From Ophelia neglecta (lineage: Eukaryota): DNA of 64,000 nucleotides. Shown in pieces: positions 52,301-64,000 of this stretch. The stretch is from assembly GCA_965285935.1 (NCBI GenBank), contig OZ260667.1, positions 21,142,001-21,206,000 on the forward strand, written 5' to 3'. A program made the position numbers and the translations under genes. The notes below the pieces were generated by a model. It was given only the letters and a program-made list of their open reading frames with translations, searched no databases and had not been told where the DNA came from. Position 1 is the stretch's first letter; every line of letters begins with the position of its first letter.

Positions 52301-55300
52301 ATCATATGGGTCATCATGTTTATAATGATACTATCAAATGGATCCCTCTTATGTTGTCAAATGGATCATCACATTTGTATGGTTGTCAGATGATCAAATT
52401 TTGCCCATGACACATGTAGATGATACAGACCTCATATGGCCATCCCCGTACACATACCTACCTATGATTAATTGGTTGGCAAGTAAGTTTTCTTGTAGAA
52501 TCAAATGATACCTTTTGGGACAGAAGAAGTATTGAGGGAGGGGGAGGGGAAACCAGTGCAGTTTAAGCAATAATACAGATATAAATTTACCCCAAACACC
52601 TTAGTTGTCGTGGTACTAGGCACCCCTATAGTAATATAATAAACTTAGATAAAGATGGTTGGATAACTTATAATAGTAAGATTGGGGGGGGGGGGGTACT
52701 CCCATCTATGGCACGGTTAGATATCCCCGCGGTCGGGTACCTGTATCTTTATCCCTATCAAATGGATTATCTTTTTTATAATACTGATGCTATCAAATGG
52801 GTCCCTTTTTCACATTTAAACAAATGGTGTTTTGCCGACGCGTACAATGCCACTGAATGGATATAGAACAGTTATAGGACTGAATTTGTAAGTTTGTATT
52901 TAATATTATCATCCAAATTGAAGCTTCACTGTGTGAAGCACCTTTCTGTAAAATATGAGTCTACCGTGAAGGCTAGTCAAGGGACTGACCGCATTATGTA
53001 GGTGACCTTTATAGGCAGTTAACACGGGGAAAATCGAGACCGGGCTATTATTTGGTGTATTTAGAGGGCAGGTGACCTTATTACACAGTTGACCACGAAC
53101 ACAGGTTTCCCTGTAACTTTTTTCTATGTATATGGCTGATCAGGGAAATGTATTATTCCACCTAATGACCTCATGCCAAACAAGACGGATGTATTAAATG
53201 TAGAGTATAGACCCATACATTTATGGCCAGAGTGTGGGTCAAATTAAATGCCATTATTTAATTAATGCCATTAAATGGGACGCTCACCACATTTTTTATG
53301 CTAGCTATCAATAGGGTAAAATTTTCTCATTACCCTGGAAGATTAAAGAATACCATATATATGTCCATATAGATTATTAAGTACGTTGGATATAAGAATC
53401 TAGATTATTAAGTACCTGGGATATAAAAATCTAGATTATTAAGTACCTGAGATATAAGAATCTAGATTATTAAGTACCATATTATAATAGTGACCTGGGT
53501 AAAATGAATGCTGATGCCGGGCACGGCTGAAGGACGATCATGGTTTTTTGTTTCCCCACAGTAGGTAACCTGATAATTTGTGCATAATGGCATAATTACA
53601 AACGAAGAGATTGTGTTGCATGCAAATAACAGCATAACAGTCTTGCAGCAGGCATGCTGCGTATATACAAATGGCACCATTTGGAATAAGGCTACCTGCT
53701 GCGATGAATTAAAAGGTTGCGCGAGGTAAGCTTAACCCACCCAACTGAGGGCAGCCGCAAAAAAAAACAAAAAACGACATTACCTTTAAAGGAGCTTCTA
53801 TTAGTCATGGATGTTTTCATAATTATCTAATTAATATTATTATTGGAAACATGCATTTGAATAATAATTCATGCTCAGGTTGTAACTTACAAGGCTTAAC
53901 TCTATGTTTTTTTCTATTAACGTTAATTTATGCGGTTAATAGCCAAAGAACCTTGTGCACAGAGTTAGGCTATTTACTAAACGCGCAAATATCAGGATTG
54001 CGTACAACTGTATTTCTGCCTTATTATTATGGACAGAATAATTATCTACCTTTGCTATTATAGCCTACAGTGGGCGCGAAATGTAACGATGCCTCAATTT
54101 ACCCTAGTATAACTACAACCTCGAACACTCATTGGAAGTTGCTATTATGTAGGAATTGAAGCTTCTCTGAACCAGAAACTCGTGTTTTTGTCATGGACAT
54201 TGGTCAAGGCTTCTGTATCTGCAAGGAGATCATGATGAATCGATGCTTTGGTAACAATAGGTTTTGAGATATTTTGCCATTCAGCTTATGAATAAAAGCT
54301 AATGAATTTAGCTATGATATCATGCTTTAGCTTTATTTTGCCTCACAATGGCCAGGCAACCTGACAGTTACAATTTAACTCGAGCAAGAACCAGAAACTC
54401 GTGTTTTGTCATCGACATTGGTCAAGGCTTCTCTATCTGCAAGGAGATCATGATGAATCGATGCTTTGGTAACAATAGGTTTTGAGATATTTTGCCATTC
54501 AGTTTATGAATAAAAGCTAATGAATTTAGCTATGATATCATGCTTTAACTTTATTTTGCCTCACAATGGCCAGGCAACCTGACAGTTACAATTGAACTCG
54601 AGCAAGAACCAGAAACTCGTGTTTTGTCATGGACATTGGTCAAGTTTTCCCTATCTGCAAGGAGATTATGGTGAATCGATGCTTTGGTAACAATAGGTTT
54701 TGAGATATTTTTGCCTGACAGTTACAATTGAACTCGAGCGACATTTATTTGTCGATCATTTTCTATCATTTCATTTTCACACTTGGTACAATTCTCGCTG
54801 GTACTGCACTTTCACTAATTGAACTTAGTCACTTTTTAGGAGGTCTCGGATTAAAAAAGGTATTTCAAAGTTGTCAACGCCTGGAGGGGAAGAGGAAGGG
54901 CGCTTCAAGCGTCTCGGAGGTGGCAGGAGAGGGGGGAGGGGCGCTTCATGCGACTTAGAGATGAATTATGTTGAGGGGTTCTTACTAACCGATAGATCAC
55001 ATCAGGAAAAGTGGGCAGCACCACCAAAAAGGATTCTAAACCTAAATAGTTAAATGAGAGATGTATCGTTGGAGTTTATGGCGATTATTCCCTGCCGAGT
55101 AGTCCACAGTGTCCAGGATATTGCAATGTCTTCACACTCTAATCATTATATAGGAAAATAATTCATTAATATCATAGAATGCGACATGTTCGGACTATCA
55201 GCTGTCAAGCCGGGTTACACCGCCTCATTGTGTTCTGATGTATAGTCAAATGATTAATCAATTAAAAGAGTTGTCCCAGATATTTGTCTATATAGGCCAT

Positions 55301-55701
55301 TGAGGGAAAATAAAGTATGAAGTATTAGATAAATCAATGTTTTAATCATATTGTATCAAGTTACTCAAGAGAAAGACTAATGTTGTTTTACTGACATATT
55401 TTCTTTGAGTGTTTTTTTTTAATCCTTATCATTGGTTTCTTTGTTAGGACGATGTTGCTGTGGTGTTTAATATTACACACACCGCCTATAAACCGAAAAT
55501 TGGACCCCTGTGGAGCCAAAGTTGGTGCTCTAGGGTGGCAAAAAAAATTCTGACCCGCCAGTCACCACGGATTGCGCCTATGATCACATGGAACATGTGC
55601 CTCCCCCTGTCAGCCAGGTGTTGATATCCAGGTGTACTAGCAAGCAGACCGCCCATTGTTATCCGGCGAGGGCACTTGAAGCCGCCTTCTTCACCCAAGC
55701 T

Positions 55702-56239
55702 GCCAATTCACCTAGTGTCCAACCCACCGTGACGAGTGACCACATACGTTACACAACACTGTACAAAACAGTGCTTGACAGTGGATTTCTTGCCATTGCC
55801 ACGGTATAAGTCGACACTGATATCAACGTGGTTCAATTGTGCCGGACTCTCGCATTTAACGCTGCAAATTGATATTTCTTGGACTTGTCAGGACAAAAGT
55901 TTGACCGGAACTGCTTGGCCGGGTGCTTTATATACACATGCGCAGCTACTGAGTTAGCTAGCATAAGTCGCAGTATTTACTTGTGGATAAACAGGACATA
56001 TTAATATTATCATACAGGACTTCTTCTGAATATTTTACTATTCACATTGTCATTCAGGACTTTATGGAGTATTTTACTAAACGGACACTCCATTGGAGGA
56101 CGCTTTGGATTCTGAGGAACTACAACTACGCCCCGAACAATGTGACATGATAGATGTTAATTATATTTTCATCTGTCACTCGTATTGTTTAGTGTGTAAC
56201 ACTTTATCAGAATATTGACATAAGCTGTACCGAGACATG
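55702..56239 (+). promoter_or_regulatory. Paralogous promoter and ATG-terminated first exon, copy 2
   Basis: As copy 1. Ends GAGAC ATG|GTAGGT (ATG at 56237-56239). Confidence 0.55.
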
Positions 56240-57523
56240 GTAGGTTAAAATTATTTATTTTATCTGTGTTTCATCACCTGTCTTCATGGTTCCTTTGAAC
56301 CTCCTGGTTTCTACTCCCTCGGTTGCTTGGCATGTTTAGCACAGGCCCTTATATTTTTTTCATTGTATAGCTGCTTATTTGCTTATTCCAACTTTGACAG
56401 CTGACAACTGATTTCGACATTTCTTTTGCTATCATGTATATCTGTTAATTACAGTTGTGATTACCACTTCATGTTGCAGATTTTCTAGGCTGCCTCCATT
56501 TCTTAGGGTGTTTTTGATATAAGGACACCCCCAACCCCTTGTTTAGCATTACTTCATGAAAATTAATAACATTCGGCTAGCTTAGAGTTGGTTTTTAGTG
56601 ACTTTGAGCATTTCAAGGCGCCTAGAAGTGATTGAAAGCACTGAATGGCGATATATATTTTTCCTTTAGGACATTTTTCGTCAGAAAACCAATAAAATGC
56701 TGATTTGATCAGAAAAGCTTACACATGGCTTTTCAGAATTACCCATGTACTTTAAATGCATTTTTTCATTTATGTGCTAGTAATATCATCCCGAAGCACT
56801 TGCGGAAGTTTCAGAGCTCTAGGATTGACTTTAAAAGACCATTTATTTATGTTTCCGTCAAAAATGTTGATTTTTATTAGAAAAGAATTTAAAGTGGCTT
56901 TTCAGAATGACCCCATGTGCTTTTCAATGCATTTTTTCGTTTGTGTGCTTGTAATATCATTCCGAAGCTTTTGTAGGAGTTTCAGAGCTCTGGGATTAAT
57001 TTTAAAAGGCCAATTTTAATATTTTTTGGCAAAATGTTGTTTTACATCATAAAAGCCTAAAAAATGGCTTTTCCGAATGACCCCATGCACTTTTCAATGT
57101 ATTTTTTATATTTTGTGCTTGTAATGCCATTCTGAAGCGTTTGTGAAAGTTTCGGAGCTCTAGCGTTATTTTTAAAGGCTCATTTTTTATTTATTGTGCT
57201 AAAATCATATTTTATTCATATTCTCACTGTATTGCAGTAGATCTATCGGTAGACAGTAGGGCTAAACGAGAATGTGTAATGCATGTATTTAATTATTTAT
57301 TTTATTTCAGGCAAAAAAAAAAAAAAAAATCGGGAAATATGAAAAATTTCAATCCGCCCCTCTCTCCTCCCTTCCTGTCCTCTCCCCCCTCTCCTCTCTG
57401 CCTCCATCTCCGTCTCCCCTCTCTGGCTCGTCTCGCTTCTGCTCAGCTCCCTCCTGATCTCGTCTGCTGGAATGAAACACATATCAATGTTAGTACAGTG
57501 CGACGACTTCAATTTCAATTTCT

Positions 57524-57595
57524 TACCTCTGTCCAGGATCGAACCCCGGACTCTAGCGTGGCAGGCCCGCACTCTATCCACTCACCCACGTAGGC
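57524..57595 (-). pseudogene. tRNA-Gly(GCC)-like element, copy 2
   Basis: Same sequence as 48454-48525. Confidence 0.75.
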
Positions 57596-60500
57596 GCGCC
57601 TGAGTGAATAAAGTTGGAACTTTGTGCAATGATGTTAACCGGAAGTACTCTACTATAGTACAAACTTGCCCACATGGTGGCAGCACGTGGTCTGGTTCAC
57701 TACTCACAATGAAAGTAGTATCTTGAAACTACTTCCCTCTCGTCTGAGAGGATCAAGTTGTATCTTCTTGTCATGACTTTAACCGGAAACTACTCGTCTA
57801 TAGTACATTTTTTAGCAGGGTGGCAGCACGGGGTTTGTTTTACTACTTACAATGACGCAGTATGAAAAACTACGTTCCGGTGGATTCTTGATAACATTAT
57901 ATGCATTTTTAAATGGGCAGTTTTTATTTCGAATTTAACCACATAACATTATCAAAGGTTTTGGCAGCTGAAAGAATATTTTAGCGAGCTTAAGGATATG
58001 AGGCATTTCAAAACATACAGGGGGTAATTGGAAGCACTGAGTAAAAACAAATAGCGAACACAATAATAGTCTGCAGAAATGTACACACAAAAGAATGCGG
58101 GTGACAGATAAAAATATGTAACATCTATCAATCCGCATGATTCTATGCGTTTTTGCAGTTTCGCAAAGTATGTAGATTTATCTAAAATGCTTTCAAATTG
58201 GGTAAAGGAAGTCGTACAAAGTATGTCCTATTAATCCACACCCGGCCAGGTTGATAAATCATATTAATCCACTCGAAGCTAAGTACATGAAGGTCTGCCC
58301 TGGCTGGTCTCAATTGTCTGATTATGTCCAAGTTCCTTGCCATGGTGTTCCGATCTAGCTTGACCTAGTATGACCTCCGCATACGTCGAATGTAGTAAAA
58401 TCTTGAGAAAATACATAAATTAGTCCAAATTGCTTCAGTTTCAAGTGGTAAAATCCATACTGGTCTTGTTAAAAATTGTATAATGTGTTGCCGGCCTGCG
58501 TGCGAAAGCATGGTCACTCGTCTCGCTCGACTGAAATTGGCAGCTTGCTTGAACACAACACCGTCCGAGTTTATGACATGAGCACTAGGTAGATTTTGAC
58601 CTTGTATACACCAGGGCGCAGTACGTATTACGTACGTACAACGTAGAACGATGTATCTGAAGGGCGTGTCTGTGTGGTATATGAAAGACGACAGCCGTCC
58701 ACCCGGGATGACCATTCCATTCCAACTGGACCGCTTTCGGACATCCTAACCCCTCTTACCGGTCCTCTCTGCAGCCTTAAGACAAGGAAGAGGGGGGGGG
58801 GGGGTCCTAATGATCCTCCTGAAAAATAAAAAAAGGAACCCTGTGCAAAGATCTACACATACCCGGGTTATTTAATGATTCAGGCCATGTCCTAAAATAA
58901 AATACTCCGGTCAGGGTTATACAGTCTTACCCATATGCTGATATTTTGATAATCGTTGTTTCATTTATCACTCTTCAGTTTAAGACTGAAATGACCAAGA
59001 CCAAATCCAGCTTTCAGGCACCCGGCTTAGCCATTTGAGAACGATGAAGCACTTAAATCATGATTTTAATTCAAGTTGTGAGTCAAGTTTGTTACAAGAG
59101 ACTGGGACCAGATGGTTCAATTATTTATTCTTGAGTTATTAAAGCCGAGCCAGAGTTTCAAAATTCACGACTTACATGCATGATATATATACAATTCGTT
59201 TTAAAAAATGGATGCTAAATCTAATATCACTTTGACTGTGCTTAGTTTATTCCTCAGTAGAAATGAGATTTTGAATCTTGGGCCCTTCCTACAATAGTTT
59301 ACCAAGCCAATATACTGCCAGTCTGTGAATTGATGGAATTTGTGGCCGACAATCCACACATTGACAGATAAGAATAAATCGCCCCATGAATGCTTTGAAG
59401 AAGACCTCCCCACCCCTCCCCCCTCCGGCATAGGGTTAACCTCATGACCAATGGACGAGGGTGTGTTTGGGGATTTACATGGCATTCAACATCAGACAGG
59501 GTACCCCACCCTGTCACACATGGCCAGTGTGGCAACCCATGTAAAGGACGGTCGATTACAACGGACTAGTAATCGGAATTGGGTCCAAAAATTCTCTAAG
59601 AGAAAAACTGATAACATTGAAATAGACGGCATCACAGAGAATGGTTCTAAATGTCTAATCTAAATTGCCCATCTCTTTATACTGGTATCCAAAGTGAAAC
59701 CTATCTAATCAGGACAGTCAAGGGAAAAAATTGACCACATTATGCAGGTGGCCTTAATAGACAGGTCAGTTAACACAGGCTTAAATAGGGATCGGCTTTT
59801 ATTTTCTTACCTTAGTAGGGCAGGGGACCTTATTACCTTATTACAAAGGTGACCGCAAATATAGGATTCACTGTATATATATCTTATACATGCACATGCA
59901 CACAGGAAAATGACCCACTCTATATTAGCTATGCTGGTCAATCCCAATAATTAAAACTTGGTATCACCCTGGTGACATATATGAGTTAACTTAAATTAGA
60001 TGAAGGATTATCTACAATGTACAGTGTTAATCGTCAAAAGAAATTGGTGAGTCGCACCAGCGATAACTAAGGGTAGAAGTATGATTAATGGCCTGGTAAC
60101 AAAAGGCCCAGAGGTGGCTCACCTATGAAATACGCCCGAACCGAGAAGCACATATTGAATTTCGTTAATAAATATCCCGGAAAATGTGGATTTATCCATA
60201 TCTTGATAACAACATCCGAATACAAATATTTTGAACTCAGGTGTACACGTTGTATAGAAGTTCACGGTCATGCGATCTCGACAATCGAGGCTTGGACATA
60301 GGTCAGCGTAGTTTTAGGGCTCCCCTTTTATTCCTAAAGGGGGGGGGGGTGGTAAGTTTTCTATGTTTTCACATAAGTACCATTGTAAATTTTTCTACCG
60401 GTGTCATTGATGTATCTTAGCTGCTTCCCGTCCTGATCACATAACATATTAATTTAGTTTCCTACAATTGATTAATTAACCCTCGATTGGTGTGCTGATA

Positions 60501-61873
60501 ATAAACACGTGAAAAATGGGATGAGAAGATATGCATACTCTCATTTATGTAAAATGCATTGTTTTAGCCCGTGTTATTAACTAGTGTTAAGTATCACCAC
60601 TGGAACATTTATTTAGTAGGGCCCTTTACTCGGGGAATTTTCCATCTGGTCCTTAGGTTGCAATGGGCATTCTATGATTCAAGAAGGGAGTAACAAATGA
60701 TAATTGGAAACTATCGACTTTTCGGTACATCCCCTCTTCTCAAAATGGTTTGAGAACATAGTATATTCTCGGTTATCTGATTTTAATAATGATAATCTGA
60801 TATTATAAAATTTCCCATTTTTGTCCCCTGTTTGGCGCTCCATTTTACAACCACATGTATGTTATTTGTTCATAAGTCCCCCCCCCCCCCCCCCCCCCGG
60901 TAATCATTACAATGTATACATTACGCTGGTCCCACCCGAGTAATTAGTAACGACTTTGACAGTGAGATCCAAAACAAAACATCAAGACATATGGCGGTCT
61001 GCAAACATGTCTATATAAATGATACGTAAATCACATTTGGATATTAGGAATGCTGTATATGGACGCGTGTAATGACCCTTAATGGATATAGAACAGTTAT
61101 CTGAATCTGTAAGTTATAGTTTATAGTATCATCGAAAATCACTGTAATGTGTGAAGCACCTGTCTGTACAATAGGTGTCTAGTTCTGTATACAAATGTGG
61201 CCGATCTCCCATATTGGTTCTAATTGATTTTAAGCGAAATTTGACAGGTGTATTGCGTTTAGACCCCGGTGGAGATGGGTGGGGGTGACTCCCATGGCCA
61301 TCTAGGGCAGGTATTCTTCGCGCTTATGCGGTATCATTTTCCTATCATATGGGTCATCATGTTTATAATGATACTATCAAATGGATCCCTTTTATGTTGT
61401 CAAATGGATCATCACATTTGTATGGTTGTCAGATGATCAAATTTTGCCCATGACACATGTAGATGACACAGACCTCATAATTTATGGCCATCCCCGTACA
61501 CATACCTACCTATGATTAATTGGTTGGCAAGTAAGTTTTCTTGTAGAATCAAATGATACCTTTTGGGACAGAAGAAGTATTGAGGGAGGGGGAGGGGAAA
61601 CCAGTGCAGTTTAAGCAATAATACAGATATAAATTTACCTCAAACACCTTAGTTGTCGTGGTACTAGGCACCACTATAGTAATATAATAAACTTAGATAA
61701 AGATGGTTGGATAACTTATGATACTAAGATTGGGGGGGGGGGGAGGGGTACTCCTATCTATAGCACGGTTAGATATCCCCGCGGTCGGGTACCTGTATCT
61801 TTATCCCTATCAAATGGATTATCTTTTTTATAATACTGATGCTATCAAATGGGTCCCTTTTTCACATTTACAC

Positions 61874-64000
61874 AAATGGTGTTTTGCCGACGCATAAAAT
61901 GCCACTGAATGGATATAGAACAGTTATAGGACTGAATTTGTAAGTTTGTATTTAATATTATCATCCAAATATAAGCTGCACTGTGTGAAGCACCTGTCTG
62001 TAAAATATGAGTCTACCGTGAAGGCTAGTCAAGGGACTGACCGCATTATGTAGGTGACCTTTATAGGCAGTTAACACGGGGAAAATCGAGACCGGGCTAT
62101 TATTTGGTGTATTTAGAGGGCAGGTGACCTTATTACACAGTTGACCACGAACACAGGTTTCCCTGTAACTTTTTTTTTATGTATATGGCTGATCAGGGAA
62201 ATGTATTATTCCACCTAATGACCTCATGCCAAACAAGACGGATGTATTAAATGTAGAGTATAGACCCATACACTTATGGTCAGAGTGTGGGTCAAATTAA
62301 ATGCCATTATTTAATTAATGCCATTAAATGGGACGCTCACCACATTTTTTATGCTAGCTATCAATAGGGTAAAATTTTCTCATTACCCTGGTAGATTAAA
62401 AAATACCATATATATGGCCATATAGATTATTAAGTACGTTGGATATAAGAATCTAGATTATTAAGTACCTGGGATATAAGAATCTAGATTATTAAGTACC
62501 TGAGATATAAGAATCTAGATTATTAAGTACCATATTATAATAGTGACCTGGGTAAAATGAATGCTGATGCCGGGCACGGCTGAAGGACGATCATGGTTTC
62601 TTGTTTCCCCACAGTAGGTAACCTGATAATTTGTGCATAATGGCATAATTACAAACGAAGAGATTGTGTTGCATGCAAATAACAGCATAACAGTCTTGCA
62701 GCAGGCATGCTGCGTATATACAAATGGCACCATTTGGAATAAGGCTACCTGCTGCGATGAATTAAAAGGTTGCGCGAGGTAAGCTTAACCCACCCAACTG
62801 AGGGCAGCCGCAAAAAAAAACACTCACAAAAAACGACATTACCTTTAAAGGAGCTTCTTTTAGTCCTGGATGTTTTCATAATTATCTAATTAATATTATT
62901 ATTGGAAACATGCATTTGAATTATAATTCATGCTCAGGTTGTGTGAGGGCTTAAATCTGGTTTTTTTTCTATTAACGTTAATTTATGCGGTTAATTTATG
63001 CGGTTAATAGCCAATATAATATACCTTGTGCACAGAGTTAGGCTATTGACTAAACGCTCAGGTTGTGTGAGGGCTTAAATCTGGTTTTTTTTCTATTAAC
63101 GTTAATTTATGCGGTTAATTTATGCGGTTAATAGCCAATATAATATACCTTGTGCACAGAGTTAGGCTATTGACTAAACGCGCAAATATCAGGATTGCGT
63201 ACAACTGAATTTCTGCCTTATTATTATGGACAGAATAATTATCTACCTTTGCTATTATAGCCTACAGCGGGCGCGAAATGTAACGATGCCTTAATTTACC
63301 CTAATATAACTACAACCTCGAACACTCATTGGAAGTTGCTATTATGTAGGAATTGAAACTTCTTTGAACCAGAAACTCGTGTTTTTGTCATGGACATTGG
63401 TCAAGGCTTCTCTATCTGCAAGGAGATTATGGTGAATCGATGCTTTGGTAACAATAGGTTTTGAGATATTTTGCCATTCAGCTTATGAATAAAGCTAATG
63501 AATTCAGCTATAATATCATGCTCTAGTTTTAGTTTGCTCACAATGGCCAGGCAACCTGACAGTTACAATTGAACTCGAGCGACATTTATTTGTCGATCAT
63601 TTTCTATCATTTCAATTTCACACTTGGTACAATTCTCGCTGGTACTGCCCTTTTCACTATTTGAACTTAGTCACTTTTTAGGAGGTCTCGGATTAAAAAA
63701 GGTATGTCAAAGTTGTCAACGCCTGGAGGGGAAGAGAAAGGGCGCTTCAAGCGTCTCTGAGGTGGCAGGAGAGGGGCGAGGGGCGCTTCATGCGACTTAG
63801 AGATGGATTATGTTGAGGGGTTCTTACTAACCGATAGATCACATCAGGAAAAGTGGGCAGCACCACCAAAAAAGGTTCTAAACCTAAATAGTTAAATGAG
63901 AGATGTATCGTTGGAGTTTATGGCGATTATTCCCTGCCGAGTAGTCCACAGTGTCCAGGATATTGCAATGTCTTAACACTCCAATCATTATATAGGAAAA
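61874..64000 (+). repeat. Large tandem repeat unit, copy 3 (partial, runs off window)
   Basis: Colinear with about 44097-46080. Confidence 0.95.

Larger units (their letters stand above)
44097..52821 (+). repeat. Large tandem repeat unit, copy 1 (8725 bp)
   Basis: Starts AAATGGTGTATTGCCGACGCG. Colinear with copies 2 and 3, roughly mid-90s % identity by eye. Confidence 0.95.
52822..61873 (+). repeat. Large tandem repeat unit, copy 2 (9052 bp)
   Basis: Same sequence order, with paired ORFs in the track (e.g. 49300-49650 and 58365-58715). Has an extra internal ~219 bp triplication. Confidence 0.95.

Noticed and set aside
44097-64000. snRNA, 5S or histone repeat cluster
   Set aside because: No U1, U2, U6, 5S, SL RNA or histone sequence was recognised in the unit. 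Partial look-alikes at ~44790 and ~48680 do not extend.

Overview
AT-rich, intron-containing animal DNA. The repeat landscape (poly-C/G runs, TA-flanked MITEs, short satellite arrays) looks like a marine invertebrate such as a mollusc; the taxon is an inference. The left two thirds hold one large minus-strand gene, which I assembled by hand into 34 GT-AG exons with consistent splice phases (6438 nt, at least 2146 aa). The C-terminus runs off position 1. It encodes a type II membrane protein: cytoplasmic tail, TM, SEA, mucin, Frizzled CRD, six group A SRCR domains, four more Frizzled CRDs with mucin spacers, then a further Ser/Thr/Pro-rich stretch. Its probable first exon (ending ATG|GTAAG at 40898) and promoter have an inverted, diverged paralog on the plus strand at about 46620-47156. 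That paralog lies inside a ~8.7-9.05 kb unit repeated in tandem from 44097 to the window end (two full copies and one partial). Each full unit has no recognisable coding exon beyond the lone ATG. It carries the promoter and ATG exon, a tRNA-Gly-like element followed by a textbook 60-nt intron, a perfect DR4 nuclear-receptor element, MITEs and small satellites. Introns contain MITEs, a LINE fragment, minisatellites and transposon relics. No rRNA, intact tRNA or CRISPR array was seen.
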